Part shown: piece by piece, positions 1 to 8,727 of the stretch
Numbering within the stretch: the first letter of the stretch is position 1
Layout of the letters: every line of letters begins with the position of its first letter
Origin: Flavisolibacter sp.
Lineage (GTDB): Bacteria > Bacteroidota > Bacteroidia > Chitinophagales > Chitinophagaceae
Length of the DNA: 64,000 nt
Direction: 5' to 3'
Assembly (NCBI GenBank): GCA_035645595.1
Contig: DASQMG010000322.1
Span: 2,041-66,040, forward strand
Program-made: the position numbers and the translations under genes
The notes under the pieces: generated by a model
Seen by the model: the letters and a program-made list of their open reading frames with translations, nothing else
Told to the model about the DNA's origin: nothing
The model's database searches: none

Positions 1-846
1 AATGGCGATAATGAATTGTTTATGCATCAACTCAGGGTTGTATTCTTCCAGCTCATTTCTTAGTATCTCAAATTCCTTTTTATGATCCTTGCTGTCGGCA
101 GGAATTAAAAACAACAAGATAGAATTGCGTTCTATATGCCGCAAAAAGCGATGGCCCAAGCCTTTTCCTTCGGCAGCGCCTTCAATAATTCCGGGCAGGT
201 CGGCAATACAGAAGCTCTTGCCATCGCGGTATTCCACCATTCCTAAATTGGGCGTAAGTGTTGTAAACGCATAATTGGCAATTTTTGGTTTGGCAGCCGT
301 CATTACAGAAAGCAGGGTTGATTTACCTGCGTTGGGAAACCCTACCAAACCAACATCGGCCAATACTTTCAGTTCTAAAACCTTCCATCCTTCTTTACCC
401 GGTAAACCCGGTTGCGAATGTTCCGGTGCCTGGTTGGTAGGCGTTTTAAAATTAGTATTGCCCAATCCTCCCTTACCACCAGGCAGCCAGATAATTTCTT
501 CGCCATCGTGTAAAACCTCCGCTTCCTTTTCACCGGTTTCTTCATCGCGTACAATGGTGCCTAAAGGAACCTGTAGAATAATGTCTTTCCCATCCTTTCC
601 GGTTTGGTTATTATCCCGGCCGCGATCGCCATCTTCGGCCAATACATTTTTATGGTAGCGCAAATGAAGTAAGGTCCACAGGTTGCTGGCGCCTTTTAAA
701 ATAATATGGCCGCCACGTCCTCCGTCGCCACCATCGGGCCCGCCATAAGCGGTTAGCTTATCTCTTCTAAAATGTTTTATGCCGGCGCCACCATGACCGC
801 TTTTACAAAACACCCGTATCTGGTCAACAAAATTACTCTTCTCCAA
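1..846 (-). CDS. obgE: GTPase ObgE/CgtA (3' end runs off the window)
   Basis: Manual minus-strand translation from TTG at 846 gives [79 protein letters not shown]. Absent from the ORF track because it is truncated. Confidence 0.95.
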   Translation of the reverse strand, partial: MEKSNFVDQIRVFCKSGHGGAGIKHFRRDKLTAYGGPDGGDGGRGGHIILKGASNLWTLLHLRYHKNVLAEDGDRGRDNNQTGKDGKDIILQVPLGTIVRDEETGEKEAEVLHDGEEIIWLPGGKGGLGNTNFKTPTNQAPEHSQPGLPGKEGWKVLELKVLADVGLVGFPNAGKSTLLSVMTAAKPKIANYAFTTLTPNLGMVEYRDGKSFCIADLPGIIEGAAEGKGLGHRFLRHIERNSILLFLIPADSKDHKKEFEILRNELEEYNPELMHKQFIIAI

Positions 847-864
847 AAGGGATTATTTTTGCCG

Positions 865-872
865 CAAAGATA
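865..872 (-). promoter_or_regulatory. Bacteroidota -7 promoter element (TATCTTTG) for obgE
   Basis: Matches the TAnnTTTG consensus about 20 nt upstream of the start codon. Confidence 0.6.
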
Positions 873-898
873 ACAGTACACCCTCCCAATTATTCGTT

Positions 899-1246
899 AT
901 GAAAATCTACTTACTCCTTGCTTTGGCAGCCCTTACAGGAGGGGCACAAAAATGCGGCAAAACAGCCACTGCAGGAGTTCCATCTTGTATCCAGCAAAAG
1001 ATTGATTCTATAAAAGTGCAGCCCAAATGGAACCCGCCTGCTACCGTTTACCAATATACCTACCAGGGAAAAACGGTATACTTCTTTAGTGCTGATTGTT
1101 GCGACCAGTATAATACAGTTTATGATGAAAGCTGCAACTATGTTTGTGCTCCCAGCGGTGGCTTTGCCGGCAGGGGCGATGGTAAGTGCAGCGATTTTGC
1201 GCAGGAAGCGAAGGAGATAAAATTAGTTTGGAAGGATGATAGATGA
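899..1246 (+). CDS. Small secreted/lipoprotein, Cys-rich, DUF6970-like
   Basis: Signal peptide and motif PSCIQQKI..NPPA.VYQY.Y.GKTVY..CCDQY..YDE.CN..CAPSGG..G.GDGKC. Confidence 0.7.
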   Translation: MKIYLLLALAALTGGAQKCGKTATAGVPSCIQQKIDSIKVQPKWNPPATVYQYTYQGKTVYFFSADCCDQYNTVYDESCNYVCAPSGGFAGRGDGKCSDFAQEAKEIKLVWKDDR

Positions 1247-1300
1247 TACCTTACCTCCTGCCCCTCTACAGTTTCGCTGTAGAGGGGCAGGGGTGAGGTA
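1247..1300. repeat. REP-like palindrome, copy 1 (may also act as a bidirectional terminator)
   Basis: TACCTTACCTCCTGCCCCTCTACAG-tttcg-CTGTAGAGGGGCAGGGGTGAGGTA is a near-perfect hairpin between convergent genes. Confidence 0.8.
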
Positions 1301-1370
1301 GAATAGAAGTTGTTACGAAATAAAAGAAAGAAATTTGCTTTTGGTGAAAATACGAACTGTAAACGACCGG

Positions 1371-1411
1371 TTCCCCTCTACAGCTTTGTTATAGAGGGGT
1401 CAGGGGCGAGT
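1371..1411. repeat. REP-like palindrome, copy 2
   Basis: TTCCCCTCTACAGCTTTGTTATAGAGGGGTCAGGGGCGAGT, same family as 1247-1300. Confidence 0.75.
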
Positions 1412-1413
1412 GC

Positions 1414-2664
1414 TTATTGTACAACAACTTTTTGTGTAAAAACGGATTGATTGTTTATATCATACACCTTAACCATGTACACACCTTTTGCGCTGCCTTT
1501 ACTTATCGCCAATGGCTGTACCTGCGTTTCATTATTTATAGTAAGTTTCCTCGCAGTAACGCTCCGGCCAAGTACATCCAGTAACTCAACTACATAATCG
1601 CCCTGCGGCACTTTGTTGAATTGAACCGAAATATGGCTGCTGGTAACCGGGTTAGGATAAACAGCAATAAGTTTAGAAAATTTTTCTTCCGGACGAGCGG
1701 TGACAGCGATTTCTGTAGTCTTGTTTTTGGGTGAGGTCGATAAGAAATTGCTGTTGGCAAGATCGGAACTGCGGAAGATGCTGGCAGCACTTTCAAATGG
1801 CGTTGCCGTCCAGTCTTTTACATTGACAGAGTAATAAGATTTGCCATCAACCGCACTGCTTACCAATAAAGCTCCATCGCCATCAACCACTGCACCATTC
1901 ACCGTAAAGTTAGCAGGCAGGTTTTTGATAGCGCCTAAATGAGTAGCTACTTTATTCTCTACGTTTACCTTAAACACATTGTTTCTTGCAGAGATAATAT
2001 AGAAGTTGCCAGCATCATCGGCAATCATATCACCACCAAAGGAACTGCAACGATTGTGTACAGAAATACCGTTGTTGGCAGGATCATCAACCAGGCTTCC
2101 CAACTGCTCAATCTTAGGTTTTTTACCAGTTGAAAATTTTACGAATGAAGTACCATCGTTGTTGATAGCATAACCAGACCCATCAGGTGCAATCACCATG
2201 CGGGTAATAATTTTAGCTTCGTCATTATGCATGTCGCCCAAACCTGTTAGCGGCTGGCCGGTTACATAATACACCTTCATTGTTTTTAAATCTATATAAC
2301 GCAATTGGTCGGCAAACATAGGCGTGAAGTAAAGCCTGTTATGCCTTTTATCAAAAGCGGCAGCAGCAACGCCGGTACTGAAAGGAGTTTGTAAAAGAGT
2401 ACCCCATTTGGCATCGGGTTGTAGTGCTAATCCTTTTTTTGTGGAAGCATCGTACACAGCCAGTTTCGTATCAGTGCCATTCAGCAGCACATCACTATAT
2501 TGGCCTGTTTGCAGATCTAGTTTGCGCAAAGCGTTCCAGCTTGAACCTTCTCTGGTCAAATCAGTAATTGCATAGGCAAAGCGGTCTGTTTGTGCATGAA
2601 CGTTAGCAGAACCTGCTAATAATAAAGCTGCAGAAAATAGTGCGTAGGGTAAAGGTTTTCTCAT
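1414..2664 (-). CDS. T9SS type A sorting domain protein (probable beta-propeller body)
   Basis: Signal peptide MRKPLPYALF..VHA; C-terminal VYPNP..KGVYMVKV..TQKVVVQ. Start trimmed from 2697 to ATG 2664. Confidence 0.85.
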   Translation of the reverse strand: MRKPLPYALFSAALLLAGSANVHAQTDRFAYAITDLTREGSSWNALRKLDLQTGQYSDVLLNGTDTKLAVYDASTKKGLALQPDAKWGTLLQTPFSTGVAAAAFDKRHNRLYFTPMFADQLRYIDLKTMKVYYVTGQPLTGLGDMHNDEAKIITRMVIAPDGSGYAINNDGTSFVKFSTGKKPKIEQLGSLVDDPANNGISVHNRCSSFGGDMIADDAGNFYIISARNNVFKVNVENKVATHLGAIKNLPANFTVNGAVVDGDGALLVSSAVDGKSYYSVNVKDWTATPFESAASIFRSSDLANSNFLSTSPKNKTTEIAVTARPEEKFSKLIAVYPNPVTSSHISVQFNKVPQGDYVVELLDVLGRSVTARKLTINNETQVQPLAISKGSAKGVYMVKVYDINNQSVFTQKVVVQ

Positions 2665-2747
2665 ATTCTTTTGATTTTTCGGTTTATTTGGGAACATTAA
2701 ATTACACCAATTTAATTCTGTTCAAAATGAATTTTTTGTGGCTACGC

Positions 2748-3338
2748 TCACTTCTTTTTAAAAGACGCATAATTACTCAAAAAAATTGGGGGTTGAGGGG
2801 TTTCTTCATGCAAAGGATCGCAAGGCAGCAAGGTATTGAAGCATTGTTGAGGCAACTGTTGATACAGTTTTGTGCCTTCTGTTTTCCAGGCTATCATATC
2901 GTCGGTTACCTGCTTTATTATTTTAGAAGGATTACCAACAACCAGGGAACGCGGTGGAATGTTTTCTCCCTGTTTGATAAAACATAAGGCGCCTACAATA
3001 CATTCATCGCCAAGCTCCACTTCATCCATAATAACGGCATTCATACCTACCAAACAATTACAGCCAATGGTAGCGCCATGAACGATGGCGCCATGACCAA
3101 TATGTGCACCTGCCTTTAATAAAACAGTTACACCCGGAAACATGTGTACCGTGCAGTTCTCCTGCACATTGCAGCCGTCTTCGATAATGATTTTACCCCA
3201 ATCGCCACGCAGAGCACAGCCAGGACCGATATAAACATCTTTCCCTATAATTACGTTGCCTGTAACTGCTGCCTGAGGATGTATGAAGGATGAAGGATGA
3301 ACAACCGGTTTGATGCCGTTGAATTGATAAAAAGCCAT
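2748..3338 (-). CDS. paaY: Hexapeptide-repeat (gamma-carbonic-anhydrase-like) protein, PaaY/CaiE type
   Basis: PVVHPSSFIHPQAAVTGNV..LRGDWG..NVQENC..HIGHGAIVHG; located in the paa cluster. Confidence 0.75.
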   Translation of the reverse strand: MAFYQFNGIKPVVHPSSFIHPQAAVTGNVIIGKDVYIGPGCALRGDWGKIIIEDGCNVQENCTVHMFPGVTVLLKAGAHIGHGAIVHGATIGCNCLVGMNAVIMDEVELGDECIVGALCFIKQGENIPPRSLVVGNPSKIIKQVTDDMIAWKTEGTKLYQQLPQQCFNTLLPCDPLHEETPQPPIFLSNYASFKKK

Positions 3339-3363
3339 GATGCTAAACTACGGCCAGTCTCTC

Positions 3364-3396
3364 AAACATAGAAGGTCTTGAAAACCTTCTATGTTT
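3364..3396. terminator. Perfect 13-bp hairpin between ptrB and paaY
   Basis: AAACATAGAAGGT-cttgaaa-ACCTTCTATGTTT. Confidence 0.5.
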
Positions 3397-3416
3397 CGCG
3401 GTTTCGTGGTAGCTAA

Positions 3417-5564
3417 TCAAAATCCCTGCTTATTCTTAAACGTCTTTGTTTCTTCATCCCACCCTAATTGCTGCAGCATAAAAGAAAACTTTTGTGCAGT
3501 GAGCTTTTGCCGGGCAAAACGGCCGCTTTCACCACCATGCCCGGCACCCATATTCACTTTAAATAGTACCGGGTTACTGCCTGTATTATTCTCCCTTATT
3601 TTAGCTACCCATTTAGCCGGAGAAAAGTAAGGAACCTGTGTATCATTCAATCCACCGGTAGCAAAGATGGCGGGATAGGCCGCCTGCTTTATATTGTCCT
3701 GTGGCGACCAGCTTTTCATATACTCATAATGCTCTTTCTTGTTTGGATCACCCCATTGATCATACTCCAACGTCGTTAGCGGAAGATCGGTATTATACAT
3801 ATCGGTGATTACATCCATCCATGGTACTTCAGCAATAATGCCTTTAAACAAATCAGGGCGCATATTGGTAATAGCACCCATTAACATACCGCCGGCACTA
3901 ACACCATTGGCAAATAATTTATCCGGTGATGTATATTTTTCATTCACTAAAAATTGGGCGGCATCTACAAAATCTATAAACGTGTTTTTCTTTTTTAAAA
4001 TGCGGCCGCCTTCAAACCAGTCGCGGCCCATTTCCTGGCCACCACGAATGTGTGCAATTGCATAAGTAACTCCACGATCTAACAAGCTAATAACAGAAGA
4101 ACTAAAGTAAGGATCGGAGTTGATACCATAAGAACCATAAGCATACAGCCATAAAGGATTGCTCCCATCTTTTTTAAACTTGTCTTTACGATACACGATC
4201 GAAACCGGCACTTTGGTTCCATCGCCTGATGTACTCCAGATACGTTTTGTCTGATATAAAGAAGCATTGAAATCTTTCCCTACATTTTGTTGTTTCAACA
4301 ATTTCTTTTGCCCTGTTTTTAAGTTGTACATGTATTCCGCGGCAGGTGTGGCTAACGATGTAAAGTAATAGCGAATACTATCCAGCGCATACTCATCGGT
4401 GGCCGTGTACATGCTGGCCACGTAGTCTTCCTCGCCAAACTGCACCGGCTTCCATTTGCCGGTTTTACGGTCAAGGATTTTAATTTGCGTCAACCCGTTT
4501 TCCTTTGTTTGCGCTACCATATAGTTTTTGAAAACCTCTACACCTTCCAGGTAAGCTTTATCGCTGGCAGGAATTACATCTTTCCAGTTAGCTACGCCAG
4601 GGCTGGCAATGGGTGCTGTTACATACTTAAAATTCTTAGCGTCTTTGTTGGTAAGGATATGAAAAACATTGCCCTCGTAATAAGCGGGTGTATATTCCAA
4701 ACCTTCCGTTCTTGGCTGAATGATAACCGGCAGCGCAGCAGGATTATTGGCATCTAAAAACCTCGCCTCTGTAGTATTGGTACTTGATGAATTGATAAAA
4801 ATATAGCGGTCGCCTCTTGCCTTGGTCAGGTAAACGCCATACGTACTATCTCTTTCCGTAAAAATTTCTTTGTCGGCAGATGGATCAGTGCCAACTACAT
4901 GGCGCATTACCTTATAAGCCCTTACAGTATGATCGTTCACCACATAATAGAAAGAGCTGTTGTCGTTGTTCCATACATAGTTGCCCGATGTATTGGGAAT
5001 AGTTTCCTGCAACATTTTTTCTGTTAACAATTGTTTGATATAAAGCGTAGTGCGCCTGTCGCCACTGGTATCAATGCCATAGAGATAGTGGTTATTATCC
5101 GGAGCAACAGCTGACCCCCTCACTAAATAAATCTGGTGGCTTTCGGCAAGTTTGGGTACATCTAAAAGAATTTCTTCTTTAGCCGCCGTAGTGCCTTTCT
5201 TTCTTGCGTAAAAAGGATATTGCCTGCCTTCTTCAAACCTTGTATAATACCAATAACCGTTGCGCTTAGTTGGGAGTGACTGGTCTTTGCCGGGAATGCG
5301 GGCTACCAATTCATCGTATAATTTTTTTTGCAAGTCTTCCGTGGGTTTCAGGTAAGCATCAGCATATAGATTTTCTGCCTTCAGGTGGTTGATTACGTTA
5401 CTGTCTTTGGGGTTGTTTAACCAGTAATAATCATCGGTTCGCTCTCCACCATGTTCATTAAAAACCTTTGCCTCTTTCTTGGCTTTTGGCGGCTGAAGCT
5501 GCGCATAAGTTACCTGGCCCACTAAAAATAAAACGGTAAGCAGCATACGAATCCGGCGTTGCAT
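3417..5564 (-). CDS. ptrB: S9 family oligopeptidase B, secreted
   Basis: DDYYWL, YAYGSYG, HIRGGQEMG, GVSAGG nucleophile, DTQV, AGHGG. Signal peptide follows M at 5564 or 5546. Confidence 0.9.
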   Translation of the reverse strand: MQRRIRMLLTVLFLVGQVTYAQLQPPKAKKEAKVFNEHGGERTDDYYWLNNPKDSNVINHLKAENLYADAYLKPTEDLQKKLYDELVARIPGKDQSLPTKRNGYWYYTRFEEGRQYPFYARKKGTTAAKEEILLDVPKLAESHQIYLVRGSAVAPDNNHYLYGIDTSGDRRTTLYIKQLLTEKMLQETIPNTSGNYVWNNDNSSFYYVVNDHTVRAYKVMRHVVGTDPSADKEIFTERDSTYGVYLTKARGDRYIFINSSSTNTTEARFLDANNPAALPVIIQPRTEGLEYTPAYYEGNVFHILTNKDAKNFKYVTAPIASPGVANWKDVIPASDKAYLEGVEVFKNYMVAQTKENGLTQIKILDRKTGKWKPVQFGEEDYVASMYTATDEYALDSIRYYFTSLATPAAEYMYNLKTGQKKLLKQQNVGKDFNASLYQTKRIWSTSGDGTKVPVSIVYRKDKFKKDGSNPLWLYAYGSYGINSDPYFSSSVISLLDRGVTYAIAHIRGGQEMGRDWFEGGRILKKKNTFIDFVDAAQFLVNEKYTSPDKLFANGVSAGGMLMGAITNMRPDLFKGIIAEVPWMDVITDMYNTDLPLTTLEYDQWGDPNKKEHYEYMKSWSPQDNIKQAAYPAIFATGGLNDTQVPYFSPAKWVAKIRENNTGSNPVLFKVNMGAGHGGESGRFARQKLTAQKFSFMLQQLGWDEETKTFKNKQGF

Positions 5565-5601
5565 AATAAACGATTTATAAGATGAAAAATAACTTTTGAA
5601 G

Positions 5602-6165
5602 TTACCTATTTTTACTTCTGCCCGAAAGAATCTGTTTAATTGTAAAGTATAAGATTGCAATTGCTGCTATGGTCAGAATAACCTTTCCCTGCCAGCCGAA
5701 TTCTGTAACCTGGTAAACAGCATACCCTTCTAATAACAAAGCAGGCAGCTTACCAAGAGAACTGGCTATTAAAAACGTAAAGAACGAAACACGGCCTATG
5801 GCTGAAGCAAAGGTTACAAGTCCTGAGGGTATAAAGGGAATTAAGCGAAGCGATAGAATAAGCCAAAAGGCTTTGCCGCCCTCTGCATGAAGAAGTGCCT
5901 TTACCGTTTTGTACTTTTCTAATTTTTGTCCTGCGCCTTTTTTAAATCCTCTTCTATAGAGATAAAAAGCAACAACAGCACCTAGTGATTCGCCTGCAAA
6001 AGACACGGCTATACCTTGCCAAAAACCAAAAAACAAAATGTTGGCTGCTGTAATAAAAAACGAAGGAATAATACCAATAACGGCAATTAAAACGCTTATA
6101 GCTAAACTACTTATTAAAGCAAAGTTGGGATATTCCTGAAAGAAGTTCAGCACGGCTTCTTTCAT
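5602..6165 (-). CDS. TVP38/TMEM64 (DedA/VTT domain) membrane protein
   Basis: Hydrophobic; LRLIPFIP and SSLGKLP motifs. Confidence 0.85.
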   Translation of the reverse strand: MKEAVLNFFQEYPNFALISSLAISVLIAVIGIIPSFFITAANILFFGFWQGIAVSFAGESLGAVVAFYLYRRGFKKGAGQKLEKYKTVKALLHAEGGKAFWLILSLRLIPFIPSGLVTFASAIGRVSFFTFLIASSLGKLPALLLEGYAVYQVTEFGWQGKVILTIAAIAILYFTIKQILSGRSKNR

Positions 6166-6599
6166 ACATCAACCAGGGTTTTACCGGTACGAAAACAAGT
6201 GCCTTTAAATAGTGCCACCTGTTCATTATGCTGATTAGTAATGGTTATCAGATAGAGACCCGTACTTCTGCCATTATGTAACTCTTTCGCTTCAGCTGTC
6301 AACACATCACCGGGCCTGGTGGCTTTTGTAAATGTGATGCTGGTGTCCAGGGCTACAGAAAGATTATTGCGATTGTTACAAGCAAATGCAAAGGCACTAT
6401 CAGCTAACGAAAAAGCAAGGCCCCCATGAATGATTCCAAAGCCGTTAATCATCTCACTTCGTAAGGTCATCTGAATTTTGGCATAGCCTTCTTTACTATC
6501 TATAACAGAGATGCCTAACCACTGGCTGAACAAATCGTCACGCATCATCTTCGCAACCACTGTCTCTGCTAAACTCTCCTTTCCACTTTGCATCATCAT
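6162..6599 (-). CDS. paaI: Phenylacetyl-CoA thioesterase (hotdog fold)
   Basis: NGFGIIHGGLAFSLADSAFAFACN. Confidence 0.9.
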   Translation of the reverse strand: MMMQSGKESLAETVVAKMMRDDLFSQWLGISVIDSKEGYAKIQMTLRSEMINGFGIIHGGLAFSLADSAFAFACNNRNNLSVALDTSITFTKATRPGDVLTAEAKELHNGRSTGLYLITITNQHNEQVALFKGTCFRTGKTLVDV

Positions 6600-7369
6600 T
6601 CGCCGATAAAATTTGGTTTCCGTTTTTCTAAAAATGCCTGTACTCCCTCTTTATAATCTTTTGTTCTACCCGCTCTTTGCTGATGAATTTCTTCATCGTG
6701 TAACTGGTCCTCGTAATTATTTTCAAATGAATTATCAAGCAATTGTTTTGTAAGTGCTAAACCTTTTGTTGGCATGGCAGCCAGCGTGGTGGCAATTTTT
6801 TTAGATTCATCGTCAAAGCTTTCATTCGGAAAGACTTTGTAGATCATTCCCATTCTCTCTGCTTCTTCAGCACTTACCTTATCGCCTAACATCATTAATG
6901 CAGATGCTTTTTGCCAGCCGACTAATCTGGGTAAGAAAAATGTTCCGCCGCTATCCGGTATCAAACCGATTTTTGAAAAAGCCTGTATAAAAGAGGAGGC
7001 TTTTGAAGCCACAACGATGTCACAAGCAAGTGCAATATTGGCTCCGGCACCAGCAGCCACTCCGTTCACGGCTGCTACAACCGGTTTTTGCAACTGCCGT
7101 ATGCGGGTGATGATGGGATTATAATGCTCACTGACAATAGTGTCGATCTTTGGCCCTTGCGGGTCTACTACTTCGTCTAAATCCTGCCCGGAACAAAACG
7201 CCTTTCCACTACCGGTAATGTAAACACATCGCACTGCTTTGCTCTTACACTCATCTAATTTTTCCTGTAGCAGCAAAGCCATTTCACGATTACAGGCATT
7301 GTATTTTTCAGGGCGATCGAAAGTAATATACGCTACCGAATCTTTTATTTCAAAAAGGATTGAAGACAT
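6596..7369 (-). CDS. paaG: Epoxyphenylacetyl-CoA isomerase (crotonase family)
   Basis: AFCSGQDL, EHYNP, GVAAGAGANIALACD, QAFSKIGLIPDSGG; paa context. Confidence 0.85.
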   Translation of the reverse strand: MSSILFEIKDSVAYITFDRPEKYNACNREMALLLQEKLDECKSKAVRCVYITGSGKAFCSGQDLDEVVDPQGPKIDTIVSEHYNPIITRIRQLQKPVVAAVNGVAAGAGANIALACDIVVASKASSFIQAFSKIGLIPDSGGTFFLPRLVGWQKASALMMLGDKVSAEEAERMGMIYKVFPNESFDDESKKIATTLAAMPTKGLALTKQLLDNSFENNYEDQLHDEEIHQQRAGRTKDYKEGVQAFLEKRKPNFIGE

Positions 7370-7400
7370 GCAGAAGAATTAAGTTTCAAATCTAAACCAT

Positions 7401-7916
7401 TCAATGGCATTTGAAATAATCAAACGCCTCTTTACACTCCAAACAGCGGTACATGGCTTTGCAGGCCGTTGAGCCGAATTGACTGATAAGTTCTGTATGG
7501 TAAGAGTTACAATGAGGACATTCAATGGCTTCCTCCCGAAACATTTCAGAAGAACAAAATTGTTGCCTCGGATTTGGTGCAGTAATACCAAAAGCCTTAA
7601 GCTTTGTTTTGCCTTCCTCGCTCATCCAATCCGTGGTCCACGCCGGAGAGAGTTGTTGTTTAATTGTTACAGGGCGGTAGCCTTTTTCAATAAGCTTCAA
7701 GCGGATGTCCATCGAGATAACATCCATAGCAGGACAACCTGAGTAAGTAGGTGTGATAGTAATAATTATCTTTTCATCTTCAATAGTAATTTCTCTTACA
7801 ATACCTAAGTCAATAATAGATAGCACCGGCACTTCGGGATCTTTAACTTCCTGAAGCAGCTGCCATATGTCTTGTTCGACAACGACAGGCTTTACATATA
7901 GTTCACTTTGTTTCAC
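7401..7916 (-). CDS. paaD: Phenylacetyl-CoA epoxidase subunit PaaD
   Basis: DPEVPVLSIIDLG, PTYSGCPAM, PAWTTDW, CPHC..FGSTACKAMYRC..FDYFK. Confidence 0.92.
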   Translation of the reverse strand: MKQSELYVKPVVVEQDIWQLLQEVKDPEVPVLSIIDLGIVREITIEDEKIIITITPTYSGCPAMDVISMDIRLKLIEKGYRPVTIKQQLSPAWTTDWMSEEGKTKLKAFGITAPNPRQQFCSSEMFREEAIECPHCNSYHTELISQFGSTACKAMYRCLECKEAFDYFKCH

Positions 7917-7926
7917 TTTTCATCTC

Positions 7927-8706
7927 TTATGTGGTTGCCTTTGCTTTAAATTTTTCAATGGCTTCCTTTGTAAAATTGCTCAACACTAAACGACCGCTGA
8001 TCTCTGCCCTTTGGGGTAACAAGTTGTCCCAATCTTCGGTTCCCTGCCAAAAAACTTTTTTTATTTCTGCCATGGCCTCCGTGCTGGAGTGGGCTAACTG
8101 GTTAGACAGCCTTTGTATAGACTCGTCCATGCCTTCGGTGGTTGGGTGGCACTCGGCATAAAGACCTTTTCTCCGTGCCCAGTCGGCATTGCGCCACATG
8201 GCGGCATCTATAGCCAACTGCGAAAAGGCAGACATTCCTATTTTACGTTGTATGGCAGGGCCTACTACAAACGGACCAATGCCTACAGCCAGTTCACTCA
8301 ATTTTACATCGGCTGTTTCATTGGAGATAGCGTAATCGACGGCTGCTGCCAACCCTACTCCACCGCCAACACATTTACCATGAATGCGGCCTATAATTAG
8401 TTTTGGACATTTGCGCATAGCGTTGATGACTTCTGCAAAGCCATTAAAAAATTCATAGCCTTTTTCTTTGTTTTCAATTTTTGTAAGTTCATCAAAAGAG
8501 GCACCGGCGCAAAAAGCTTTATCACCACCGGAACGTATCACCATAACTTTTGTGTCTTTATCAATGCCGGCGGTATGAATTTCGTTAGCCAAATCTTTTA
8601 ATAGCTGCCGGGGCAACGAATTGCTTTGTGGGTGAAAGAATTCGATGGTGGTAATACCGTTGTGTGTTTCAACATTTACATAGCCATTTATTATATCCTT
8701 TGCCAT
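7927..8706 (-). CDS. Enoyl-CoA hydratase/isomerase (methylglutaconyl-CoA hydratase-like)
   Basis: AFCAGASF, GKCVGGGVGL, LSELAVGIGP. Confidence 0.85.
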   Translation of the reverse strand: MAKDIINGYVNVETHNGITTIEFFHPQSNSLPRQLLKDLANEIHTAGIDKDTKVMVIRSGGDKAFCAGASFDELTKIENKEKGYEFFNGFAEVINAMRKCPKLIIGRIHGKCVGGGVGLAAAVDYAISNETADVKLSELAVGIGPFVVGPAIQRKIGMSAFSQLAIDAAMWRNADWARRKGLYAECHPTTEGMDESIQRLSNQLAHSSTEAMAEIKKVFWQGTEDWDNLLPQRAEISGRLVLSNFTKEAIEKFKAKATT

Positions 8707-8727
8707 ATCGGTTCGCTTTTACTTAAG

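Noticed and set aside
89-658. + strand ORFs 89-274 and 275-658
   Set aside because: Antisense shadows of obgE.
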